Positions 36,431 through 49,200 of a stretch of DNA of 64,000 nucleotides are shown here, piece by piece. Numbering within the stretch: position 1 is the stretch's first letter; every line of letters begins with the position of its first letter. The position numbers and the translations under genes are program-made. Under the pieces are notes generated by a model. The model saw only the letters and a list, made by a program, of their open reading frames with translations. It was not told where the DNA came from and did no database searches. The stretch is from Lingula anatina (taxonomy: Eukaryota; Animalia; Brachiopoda), in NCBI GenBank assembly GCA_051362555.1, contig CM120641.1:9052001-9116000 (forward strand), written 5' to 3'.

Positions 36431-39400
36431 ATGTGGAGAGCGTGTACGTCGCCGCAATGGCATTTAAGGCCTTGTTGCTATCACAAAACAAAACATTTTC
36501 TGTTCAAAAGATTTCAGGGCGTTGCTGTGCTGCAAATTGCCAGGCTGAGTAATAACAACCCATGGACAGACTCGAATTCAGCGGGTAAAGTTGTGGTCAA
36601 CTTGGATGAAAATACAGAGTGAGTACACGCTTGCCCACGCTCGGCTGTCACCTTGATTGGATAGTAAACGATTGTCGTAAAATCGCTAAATGATATTAAA
36701 ACCGGGTTCATAAACTTGAAAACCACCTAGGACAACCTTAGACTGCCACATTAATCCAACACAATGCAAAAATAAACTATAACAAGTGGTCCACTCTAAC
36801 CTCCAATTACGAAAAAAGAAGCCATGCCATTGGACAATACGACCTCTGCGGTTACGTCATTTCCTGAAATGGAGGTTAGAGTGGACCAAAATAAACATCA
36901 GAGGTGGAATTTTGATTTATGGTTTGACCATGCACGGAATTTACAAACGAGCGACGGGATGATGTAGCCTGCAGTATTTGCGGTAAGCGTGCCAAGTTTT
37001 AGGCCGCTCCGATGCCCGGCAGTATTTTATTTTGATTATTATGTTGAAAATGGTCGAGTTTTGTTTCACAAGCTGACTCTATTTTATTGTCTCTATGGAG
37101 GTATATGGGGACTTTACGACATTCGGTTTGAAGGCTTTAACCACTTGTTATAGTTTATTTTTGCATTGTGTTGGATTAATGTGGCAGTCTAAGGTTGTCC
37201 TAGGTGGTTTTCAAGTTTATGAACCCGGTTTTAATATCATTTAGTGATTTTACGACAATCGTTTACTATCCAATCAAGGTGACAGCCGAGCGTGCGCTTG
37301 CCTGAAACTTGCAATACATTTCCACAGCTGAACATCCTTTTGAAATGCCAAAATGTTGAATGATTTTTATCCAAGGATTTTGCCAAGTTGAAAAAAGATT
37401 TGGAAAAATGTTATATTACATCCCATGTTTTATTAGATTGAAGTTTGTTTTCCTAAAACAAAGATAAGCTAAAAACTAAACAGTTCAAAGTTGGAAGGAT
37501 AGAAAAAGTAGAAAGGGTTGAAGTCTGAGCACCTTAATAATTAAGATGTATTGTAGGTAAACTCACAAAGTATTCAGTATAAACAGAGTGTTACAACAAG
37601 GTTAGCTTTAATGTTTTCCTTCATCTGCATGTTAATTTGATTTTAAATTCAAATCCATTTTTTCAAGAGAAAATTGGTTCAGAATGCAGATCAATTAAAA
37701 ACATATTTTGTTTCAGTTTTCATATAAATGTTTAGCTTTTCAGTTCTTTAAGAGCAAATTGATATTAAATTATAACATATTCATCCAGTCCACATATATA
37801 GGTCCCCTGAAACACTGTTTGTGCTCTGCCAACCACTGATATATCTGTGAACTCGAGATCACCAGTTTGATCGTATGTCACTGCCATTTCTCCCCCTCTG
37901 TTGACAACACGCTTAATCTTTTTATTTGGTTTTTCCCTTGTTTTGAACTTCTTCTTTTTGAAGGCAAGGGCAATAGCTGCTGCAACAGCACTTGTTCCAC
38001 ATGACATTGTCTCCAACTCTAATCTTCGATTATAAGTACGCACATGTATTTTACGATCTTCATCACAGTGAACAAAACTGATAAGATCTCCATAATATCT
38101 ATATCCTTGAGAATCCAGACTTTCCTTGTGAAGATCCAGACTATAAACGTTTGGTTTGAACTGGATGTGATGGGGTACCCCAATTTCAACATAATAGTTC
38201 AACTCATCCAGCTTGGTTATGGTGTCCAAATCATGAAATTTAATCCTTATTGCATGTTCTTCTGCATAGGACTTGGCTGAGTGAATTCCATGTCGTGATT
38301 TGAAATAAATCTCTGCCTTCAAGGATAACTTAATGTCTATTGCGTATTGTATGGCGCACATCATTGCCATTGCACACAATGATCCAGGTTTTCCTTGTAT
38401 GTTGTAGAAACTCATTTCAAAGTCCCAGGAAGGATGACTTTGGATGGCTATCAAGCCCTGTGCACCAATTCCAGTGTGTCTCTCACACATGGTCTTGATC
38501 ACATCTTCATTGCAGGCGAACGTGTTCTGCCGATTATCAACAATAAGGAAATCACTGCCTAGTGCTTTGTATTTGTGAAACTTTATACCGGACATGTCGT
38601 AAAATAAGTTGTAATCTAAGTCAAATTATTTACAGACTGTTCCTTTGCTTCAAAGTCCCTGTTTCCAACAGCAGTGGCTTGTTAATTGATTGAACCATGT
38701 CAGTGGATTGCTGACATGATCTCATGTGATGCAGCCAGTTTTCAGCTAGGCCCAATATTTCAGCTATTCTAGTGATTGTTATAACACATGTAAAGTGGGT
38801 GGATTTAAAATGATAGGCAGGATATCAAGAATAATCAGCCATAACAATAGGTCTAAACAAGAGATAAAGATAAACAGTTCAAAATAAGTATTTGATATGG
38901 TTATTATCTACTCATCAGATGTTGTTAAATGCATTTTAATTATCGGAAGTTGGATTGTCATGATTTTTTTGTTGTTGTTATGGTTTAAGAAGACGGCAAC
39001 AATACTTATAGAAATGATAACATTATTTTTTCAATAGAATAACATAAATAGAAAAAGTCGGTTATTTCTGAACCTTTTAAAGACTATATAAAAACTTCTT
39101 ATGAAAAGAATTTAGTCCTAGTTTGATATAGTATTTCATGGGTTACTTATATAGAAAATTGCACACAGTATGATGAAAATTGGCATTATTTCTATTTTTG
39201 ATATCATTTGATCAAAATGTTGTTGTTTATCTCCTCGAGCTCTGACAAATAACCAGCATTCTGCATGTGAAAAGGAAAATTCAGGTTTACAATAAGTTTT
39301 ATAGATGGGTCAATCTTTTAAATTTCATTTATTTCTAGACCAATCAGAATATCCTGTGGTCAGTTCGCAAGAATGGCAAGTGGTAGTGCTGTAGCAGAGG

Positions 39401-40378
39401 TAGGAGAAAAACTTATATTATCACATATACCAAAGGTGTCGATATTCAGTATATTTATGGAAAAGCAGCTTGTCTAGACAAACAAGGAATCCTAATTCTC
39501 TGCTTATGATTTACACCATACAAATGTCTCTCTATTATACCAAAATAAGTTAAAAAAATTCCAAGTAGTAGAGGAATTGCAACAACATAAAATGGTAACA
39601 TTTGTTGATGAGCAGCCCATGTTTGGTTGTTTATGCATCATTTTATGCAATTCACATGTTTGATTACCCTTGCAGATTGGTGACACTGCAGTGATGGCCA
39701 CTGCAGTAAGCAAGTCTTCTCCACCCACTGCAGGTCAGGGATTTATGCCATTATCTGTAAGTCATGCTTTTTGTCCCTCAATTTTTTTCACTTAAAACAT
39801 GCAAGTGTTTTCACAAAGTTTTGCAGTTAATATATTGTTATTGTTAAATAAACATTTTTAGATAAGAGAACTTAAATGCAGATAGCCTCCATAATTTTTA
39901 TCCTAAAAGAGAAAGCTAAATTTAAAACTGTCTTTTAAATTAGAACCATTCCCCAGTATTTTCTTTTTTTGTACAGACACAGATGTGTCTGTACATATAG
40001 CCGTCATCTGCGTCTGTCGTCGCCGTCGCCGTCGTCGCCGTGCACTTTTACCGATAACACGATAAGTGGAAAACTGTTTTTATGTACAGACACAGATGTG
40101 TCTGTACATATAGCCATCATCTGCGTCTGTCGTCGCCGTCGCCATCGTCGCCGTCGTTGCCGTCGTCGCCGTCGTTGCCGTGCACTTTTACCGATAACAC
40201 GATAAGTGGAAAACTGTTTTTTCTTTTGGCTTGAAACTTGCAGGACTGATGAATATTCATAATACGCAGGTCAAGTTCGAAAATCAGCATGATCGGGTCA
40301 CTTATAGGGAATTTATGCTGTTTTTATGTACAGACACAGATGTGTCTGTACATATAGCCGTCACCTGCGTCTGTCGTC

Positions 40379-40409
<31 letters not shown>

Positions 40410-43226
40410 GCGTGCACTTTTACCGTAAACACGATAAGTGGAAAACCATTTTACGTTTTGACTTGAAACTTACAGAACTGATGAATATTCATAATATTCA
40501 GGTCAAGTTCGAAAATCAGCATGATCAGGCCATTTTTAGGGAAGTTATGCTGTTTTTTCACTTTTTTCAGCATATATGCAACACCGTAAACACGATAAGT
40601 GGAAAACCGTTTTACCTTTTGGTTTGAAACTTACAGAACTGATGAATTTGTATAATACGCAGGTCAAGTTTGAAAATCAGCATGATCGGGTCATTTTTAG
40701 GGAAGTTTTGCTTTTTTTTCACTTTTTTCAGCATTTATGCAACACCGTAAACACGATAAGTGGAAAACCGTTTTACCTTTTGGTTTGAAACTTACAGAAC
40801 TGATGAATTTGTATGATACGCAGGTCAAGTTCGAAAATCAGCATGATTGGGTCATTTTTAGGGAAGTTTTGCTTTTTTTTCACTTTTTTCAGCATATATG
40901 CAACACCGTAAACACGATAAGTGGAAAACCGTTTTACCTTTTGGTTTGAAACTTACAGAACTGATGAATATTTATAATACGCAGGTCAAGTTTGAAAATC
41001 AGCATGATTGGGTCATTTTTAGGGAAGTTATGCTTTTTTTTCACATTTTCTCTGATTCAATCCTTAGGCATGTTAATAGTCTCATTATTGAACTAATAAG
41101 ATATGTAAAAGTGTTTTTTTGACATTTCCTGCATTTTTACAACATTGTTAGTTGATTATGTAAAAATGATGGTAAACTTGTTATGTTGTATTGTGTAATG
41201 AAGTGTCAAAAATGGAAATAAACACATATCATTGCAGTTTGTCAGATTCAATCATCCACTATGTTCAGAATCTCAGAATGGAGGAAATTGGACATTTAAT
41301 ACTGTTCTATTGATATTTTTCCCATCTCATCAATTTTCTTAGTTGGTCATATAAAAATGGCAGTAAACTGTTAATTTTGTTTTATGTTAAAAAAGTGTTA
41401 AAAATGGAAATAAACCCATTTCAGAAAAGTGCTGTCTTGTTTACATTTTGGCATTTTCAAGATGTGACTTTGAAGTTCCATGGGCCTGAAGACCTTTGCT
41501 AGTCACATTTTCTGAATATCCATGATACTAATATTTTATTATTAAAAATTGATGGTCATTATGCTGTTAAACATTATGTAATATTGCATCAAAATTTGAA
41601 GAAACCCCTATTTTGGGCACTGCTCCCATGATGACCATTTAAGGAAAATCATGTCACTTACTGTTCTCAAACTTACAGGAAAGAAACATGGGACTAAAAT
41701 ACAGCTTCAGTAGGCAATGCAGTCTGTTTGGTAATTTTTTCTGGCAGTTAAACAGTTTTTTGTGAAAATTTAATTTTTCACATATTGGCATTTTCAAGGT
41801 GTGACTTTGAAGTTCTATGATCCTGAAGACCTTTGCTTGTAACATTTTCTGAATGTCCATGTTACTAATATTCTATTATTAAAAATTGATGGTCATTATG
41901 CTGTTAAACATTATGTAATTCTACATTAAAATTTGAAGAAACCCCTATTTTGGGCACTGCTCCCATGATGAGCACTTAAGGAAAATCATGTCACTTACTG
42001 TTCTCAAACTTACAGGAAAGAAACATGGGACTAAAATACAGCTTCAGTAGGAAATGTAGTCTGTTTGGTAAATTTTTCTGGCAGTTAAACAGTTTTTTGT
42101 GAAAATTTCATTTTTCACATATTGGCATTTTCAAGGTGTGACTTAGAACCTCCACGGGCTTGAAGACCCATGCTAGTCACATTTTCTGAAAATCCATGAT
42201 ACGTATATATTATTATTAAAAATTGATGGTCATTATGCTGTTAAGCATTATGTAATGTTGCATCAAAATAGAAGAAAACACAATTTTTGGTGCTGCTGCC
42301 ATGATGACCATTATGGGAAAACCGTGTTACTTATGACTGTCAAACTTTCAAAAAAGAAACACAGGACTAAAATGCAGCCTGAGTTGGAAAAGCAGTCTAA
42401 TTGGCTTCTTTTTCTGGAAGTTATACATTTTAGTGAAAAATTCATTATTATCGTGTTGGCATATTCATTGTGGGACTCGGAGCTCCCATGGACATGAAGC
42501 AGAATAGTAATCAAATTTTTAAATGCCCATGCTATTTATAGTCAATAATCAAAAATTGGTGATAATTATTATATAATTTATTATGTAATGTTACATCAAA
42601 ATTGACAATAATCTTTTTGCACTGCTACTGCAAACATTATGAAAAGAAAACTGTGTTACTTATTATTATTTTTAACTTATGAGAATGATTTTTAGGATTG
42701 GCATGCATTTCAAATTAGAAAGCCAGCTCAATTGGGTTATCTTTTATCATTGAATTCATGCAATTTTGTGTGAAATTTTCATTTTTCTCATTCTGGCACT
42801 TTCAAAGTATAAACTTGAACTCTGATGGGCCTGAAGCCTTATGCTTTTACTTTCATTGGTGTTACCTGTTGTGCATAATTAAAATTTGATGTTGACTGTG
42901 CAGTTAAACATAATGTATTATTGCATCAGAATTGGTAGTCTCCTATTTTGTGCATTATTGTTATGTGCTTTTCTTAAGATGTGACTTATGGGCCTGAAAG
43001 ATCTTTGAGAGGGTCAGTCTGTAAATTTCCCTTGGGTATCACTTGGGTATCACTCAGAGTTATAAAGTCATTAATAGGCCATTAAATGAGATTACATAAA
43101 GCACACTTGTTGATATTTCCCTGTAAACTCCCAAAGGTTAAGCTCTCTGCTAGATTAATAATAAGTAAGCAGTGATAATTATGCAGGTAAATTTTGTTTA
43201 ATATTGCAAATAATATTGCAAATAAG

Positions 43227-43277
<51 letters not shown>

Positions 43278-46200
43278 ATTAAAAGTTTGAATGGCAGCAT
43301 CATTGGAATTATATTTACCTCTGCCAAGGAGGTTATGTTTTCACCCCTGTTTGTCTGTCATCCACATAACACAAAAAAGTTATGGACCGATTTTGCAGAA
43401 ATTTTCAGGAACTGTCGGAAGTGGGCCAAAGAGGACAATGATTAATTTTTGGTGGTGGTCCGGATCAATAATCAATCAATTATCAATAATAATCAACAAT
43501 TGCTGCCTTGACAGAGGTCTGCACTCTCAAAGTGCTTTTCTAGTTTTGTTGTTTTCCTTTATAATTTTTTCTCAAACACTTGCATTTGTGACTTTTAACT
43601 CTCATCTGCCTGGGGCTCTGCACATTTTCTGTATTTCTACATAAGCAGTTGTATTGTTTTTTATGTCTTTAAACATTATGTAATATTATTTTATGCACTG
43701 TCATCATTTTTCAAATATTGAGACTTTCATAATGTGAATTTGAACTCTCATGGTCCTGAAACTGTAATCTTATTGAAGGGGTGGATTGAGACCATCTTCT
43801 GGGTCTTCCAGAAGACATTCAGGTTATTGAGTTTATATTGACTGGTATCTATTTTTTTCTGTTGGAAGACCATCAAAATGGAGGATGGATCAAGATAGAT
43901 ACTTTGTAATACTGTCAGAAAATATCTCTGGGTCTGCTCCTGTTATTGACCATGTTACCTGTTGTGCAAAATTAAAATTCAATGTTGACTGACAGTGCTA
44001 TTATAAGCATTATTTATTATTGCATCAAAATTGACAAAATGACCTTTTTTGCATCTTTATTTTCTGTTTTTTGTCTGTACATTTGACAGCTTTGCTGCCT
44101 TGTTTCTTTTGGCTTGAAACTTACAGAACTGATGAATATTCGTAATACGCAGGTCAAGTTCGAAAATCAGCATGATCGGGTCACTTTAAGGGAATTTATG
44201 CTGTTTTTTCACTTTTTTCAGCATATATGCAGCACCGATAACACGATAAGTGGAAAACCATTTTACCTTTTGCCTTGAAACTTACAAAACTGATGAATAT
44301 TCATAATACGCAGGTTAAGTTCGAAAATCAGCATGATCGGGTCACTTATAGGGAATTTATGCTGTTTTTTCACTTATTTCAGCATATATGCAGCACCGAT
44401 AACACGATAAGTGGAAAACCATTTTACCTTTTGGCTTGAAACTTACAGAACTGATGAATATTCATAATACGCAGGTCAAGTTCGGGAAACAGCGTGATTA
44501 GGTCATTTTTAGTGAATTTAGGCTATTTTTTCTCTTTTTTCAGCATATATGCAGCACCGATAACACAATAAATGGAAAACCATTTTACCTTTTGGCTTGA
44601 AACTTACAGAACTGATGAATATTCATAATACGCAGGTAAAGTTCGAAAATCAGCATGATCGGGCCATTTTTAGGGAAGTTTTGCTGTTTTTTCACTTCTT
44701 TCAACATATATGCAACGCTAATAACACAATAAAAGAAAAACAGATAGGCCAATTGTCATTATACTCACAGGAGTAGTCAAACTAACTAAAACGCAGGTTG
44801 AGTTCGAAAATAAGCATAATCGGGCCATTATTTTAGAAGTTATGCTGTTTTTTCACATTTCCTCAGATTCAATTGTTAGGCATGTTAACTGTCTCATTAT
44901 TGAACTAAGATACGTAAAAGTGTTTGTTTGACATTTCCTGCATCTTAATAACATTGTTAGTTGATAATGTAAAAATGATGGTAAACTTGTTATTGTGTAT
45001 TATGTTATAAAGTGTCAAAAATGGAAATAAATATCATTGCAGTTTGTCAGATTCAATCATCTACTATATTCATTATCTCAGAATGGAGGAAATTGGACAT
45101 TTAACACTGTTCTATTGATATTTGTCCCATCTCATCAATTTTCTTAGTTGATCATATACAAATGGTAGAAAACTGTTTATTTTGTTTTATGTTAAAAAAG
45201 TGTTTTAAAAATGGAAGTAAACCCATTGCAGAACAGTGCTGTCTTTTTTCAGCATATATGCAGCACCGATAACACGATAAGTGGAAAACCATTTTACCTT
45301 TTCCCTTGAAACTTACAAAACTGATGAATATTCATAATACGCAGGTCAAGTTCGAAAATCAGCATGATCGGGTCATTTTTAGGGAAGTTATGCTGTTTTT
45401 CACTTTTTTCACCATATATGCAACACTGATAACATGATAAGTGAAAAATCATTTTACCTTTTGGCTTGAAACTTGCAGAACTAATGAATATTCATATTAC
45501 GCAGGTCAAGTTCGAAAATCAGCATGATCGGGTCATTTTTGTCTGTACATATAGCCATCATCTGTGTCTGTCGTCGCCGTCGTGATTGGGCTATTTTGAG
45601 GGAATTTATGCTGTTTTTTTCACTATTTTCAATATAAATGCAACACTGATAACACAATATAAGAAAAACGGATTGGCCAATTGTAATTATACTCACAGGA
45701 GTGGTCAATCTTACTAAAACGCAGGTTGAGTTCGAAAATCAGCATAATCGGGCCATTATTTTAGAAGTTATACTGTTTTTTTCACATTTCCTCAGATTCA
45801 ATTCTTAAGCATGTTAACAGTCTCATTATTTAACTAATAAGATGCCTAAAAGTGTTTGTTTGATATTTCCTGCATCTTTACAACATTGTTAGTTGATTAT
45901 GTAAAAAACATGGTAAACTTGTTATCATGTATTGTGTAATAAAGTGTCAAAAATGGAAATAAACTCATATCATTGCAGTTTGTCAGATTCAATCATCCAC
46001 TATGTTCAGAATCTCAGAATGGAGGAAATTGGACATTTAACACTGTTCTGTTGATACTTTTCCCATCTCATCAATTTTTTTAGTTGGTCATATAAAAATG
46101 GCAGTAAAATGTTTATTTTGTTTTATGTTAAAAAAGTGTTAAAAATGGAAATAAACCCATTTCAGAACAGTGCTGTCTTGTTTACATTTTGGCATTTTCA

Positions 46201-49200
46201 AGGCGTGACTTTGAAGTTCCATGGGCCTGAAGACCTTTGCTAGTCACATTTTCTGAATATCTGTGATACAAATATTTTATAATTAAAAATTGATGGTCAT
46301 TAAGCGGTTAAACATTATGTAATATTGCATCAAAATTTGAAGAAACCCCTATTTTGGGCACTGCTTCCATGATGACCATTTAAGGAAAATCATGTCACTT
46401 ACTGTTCTCAAACTTACAGGAAAGAAACATGGGACTAAAATACAGCTTCAGTAGGCAATGCAGTTTGTTTTTTTTTTTTTTTTTTTTTTTTTTTGGCAGT
46501 TAAACAGTTTTTTGTGAAAATTTAATTTTTCACATATTGGCATTTTCAAGGTGTGACTTTTAAGTTCCATGATCTTGAAGACTTTTGCTTGTCACATTTT
46601 CTGAATGTCCATGTTACTAATATTTTATTAATAACATTTGATTGTCATTATGCTGTTAAACATTATTTAATGTTGTATCAAAATTTGAAGAAACCCCTAT
46701 TTTGGGCACTGCTCCTATGATGACCATTTAAGGGAAATCATGTCACTTACTGTTCTCAAACTTATAGGAAAGAAACATGGGACTAAAATACAGCTTCAAT
46801 AGGCAACGCAGTCTGTTTGGTAAATTTTTCTGGCAATTTAACAGTTTTTTGTGAAAATTAATTTTTCACTTATTTGCATCTTTATTTTCTGTTCTTTGTC
46901 TGTACATTTGACAGCTTTGCTGCCTTGTTTACATAGTTCCCCCTCTGTAGATTCTTTAAAAGTCATCATATAAAATCTCCTATAAAAGAAAAAAGAAAAT
47001 AGGAAATGGCAGCTACATTCTCTAAGCAAAATATCTAGCAAATTTGCAAAAGGAATTTGATGTTCTGACCAATTTGTCGCAAATTAGCAGCAATACAAAT
47101 TTTTCATGCAAACTCCTTGCCACAAACTTTTAGTTTACAGCTTTGCTGCAAACTTTTCCTTTTTGCAAAGCGGTTGTTGGCTTTTCTGAACTAAATTGTT
47201 TTGGGTTTATAAATGCTATAGAGGGGAAAATTGTTAGGAATGAGGTTAACAAGTACTGTAAAATACAACAAGCAGTAAATACAACACTATTTCTATGTTT
47301 CAAATGGTCACTGTGTTTTATGAACCCTGTGCCTGTATGTCATCTTAATACCAGGTTGACTACAGACAAAAAGCTGCTGCTGCTGGAAGAATACCCACAA
47401 ACTACTTACGCAGGGAGCTAGGGCCAACAGAAAAAGAAACCTTAGCAAGCAGAATGATAGGTATATAAGATGCAAATGTGTGTTTTAATGCAAGTTGCTT
47501 GCCATTTTACAATAATGGTCTTTTTTTTGGAACGACACTGTGTCTGGACATTTAGCCATCACCTGCATCTGCTGTCATCATTGCTGTTACTGTTGTCTTT
47601 TGTGTTGCCATTCACACTTTTCTGCATTAGTTGCCTGTATAAACAATAAGTGGAAAACCAACTTACTTATTGTTATATGATTATAGGACTATATACACAT
47701 CAAGTTAAAATACCGACCTGATTGGATTATTTTCTTAAAATTATGGATCAGTTGTGAATCAATTATTTTCAACAAATTAGGATTTTTGAAGCCTGAATTT
47801 CAGTTCCTTTTTTATTTCAGATAGGTCCTTGAGACCCCTTTTCCCCAGTTCTTTTAAAACTGAAACTCAGGTACTTAAAGAGAAGTGATTGTCTTATTTA
47901 TAATGTTAAACATATTACATGACAATAACTAATAATTAATGAGTGGGATTATGCTTTATCATTTATTTATGTCGTAGGTTTCACTAGAGTTTGGTTTTAC
48001 AAGGTTTGCAATATGGCCCCATTCAGAATAGGGGACTAACTAGTCCGAGGGTCAAATATGGTGACCCACTACAAAGCTTGCTGTCTAATCCACTAACAGG
48101 CACTGAATAGATATCCCGTGTGGAAGTATTCAAGTGTGTCGGCCATATTTGACCCTCGGACTAGTTAGTTCCCTGATCTGAATGAGGCTTATGACTAAAT
48201 GTGACTTTCTTATTTTAGATTATGTGCAATTTAATGTCTGTGGATGGTCAACATGACCCAGAGATTGCTAGTCTAAATGCTGGTAAGTTCTCATCATTCC
48301 GTCATCTATGTTGTTTGAAAAGTATCAAATGTACATATTTTCATTGATTGATCAAGATATTAAGAATTTGTGCAGGAATACTGTTTTTTTTTACAAAAAA
48401 AAAAAAAAAAACTGCAGTTCCTGTTTCAAGTTTGAACGTTGATCTCTGGTTTCCTTGGCAACAGGTGAAGAATGAAAAGTTCAGTTTTTGTGTCTAGTGT
48501 GGAGTTTATTCATCAGAATAATCAAACAGCTGAATGACAGTAAGACTTTACCAATGCTTATTCTCTTTTCAGCGTCTGCAGCATTGTTGTTGTCTGACAT
48601 TCCGTGGAATGGTCCTATGGGTAATGTTTTTTTTAATCACTTGCAACTCACAACACGTCGACATCTTAAACATTTGTTTTAGCCAGTTCAAAATATTTGA
48701 GTCAGATTTATGTAATGAAGAGAATAAAATGAAATAAAATGTTTTTTATCCATATCCTGTATCTGAAATTATTTTATGCATATGTTTGTTCATCTGGATG
48801 GCACGAAGGTAGGATATTTTCATGTAAATGTAAGTAAATGAACAATGTTTGATCAAATATTATGCTTACTGAAGCATGTCAAATTGAGTTATCAGTTTTG
48901 ATTTACCCTAGGTGCTGTACGTATTGGATATACAAACAAAGGCTTTGTTGTAAACCCAACTAGAAAACAACTGATGAGCAGCAGATTGAATCTGATTGTA
49001 GCAGCTGTTGAAAATAAAGTTGGTAAGTGACAATATTGTACCCCCAGCGTGAGTGCTTGTGATGCACATTGTGTCCGGAACCGCGCAAATTTAGATATAA
49101 ACGTAATTTAGAATTGAGCTCGAAATGCGGACACCGTTGGATACTTTAGTTAGGATAACGCTTTAGTGTAACCTTCCAGATTCGCGGTCGAAATCGTTAC

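Larger units (their letters stand above)
39966..46930 (+). mobile_element. Cluster of Helentron/HINE-like non-autonomous elements with internal tandem arrays (PNPT1 intron 3)
   Basis: 5' module (T)nATGTACAGACACAGATGTGTCTGTACA (hairpin) plus a (CGCCGT)n-type microsatellite at about 39966, 40077 and 40321. 161-bp tandem monomers, 337-bp monomers (41450, 41787, 42124), and 3' end TGTCTGTACATTTGACAGCTTTGCTGCCTTGTTT at about 44104 and 46930. Confidence 0.8.

Noticed and set aside
37765-38595. dapF as bacterial contamination or part of an operon
   Set aside because: No neighbouring bacterial genes or operon spacing; the flanks are AT-rich intronic DNA and PNPT1 exons join in frame across it. Read-level confirmation is still needed.
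38696-38718. CATGTCAG...CTGACATG hairpin upstream of the dapF-like ORF as a riboswitch or terminator relic
   Set aside because: Only an 8-bp stem, with no U tract or lysine-riboswitch features.
39969-40428. Arg/Cys-rich protamine-like ORFs (also 55450-55840)
   Set aside because: These are translations of hexamer microsatellites in the transposon 5' module.
40412-41122. Repeated 70-aa ORFs ([10 protein letters not shown]...) and regular spacing suggestive of a CRISPR array or repeat protein
   Set aside because: They are 161-bp tandem monomers with no unique spacers and no cas genes; the ORFs shift frame each unit and lie in an intron.
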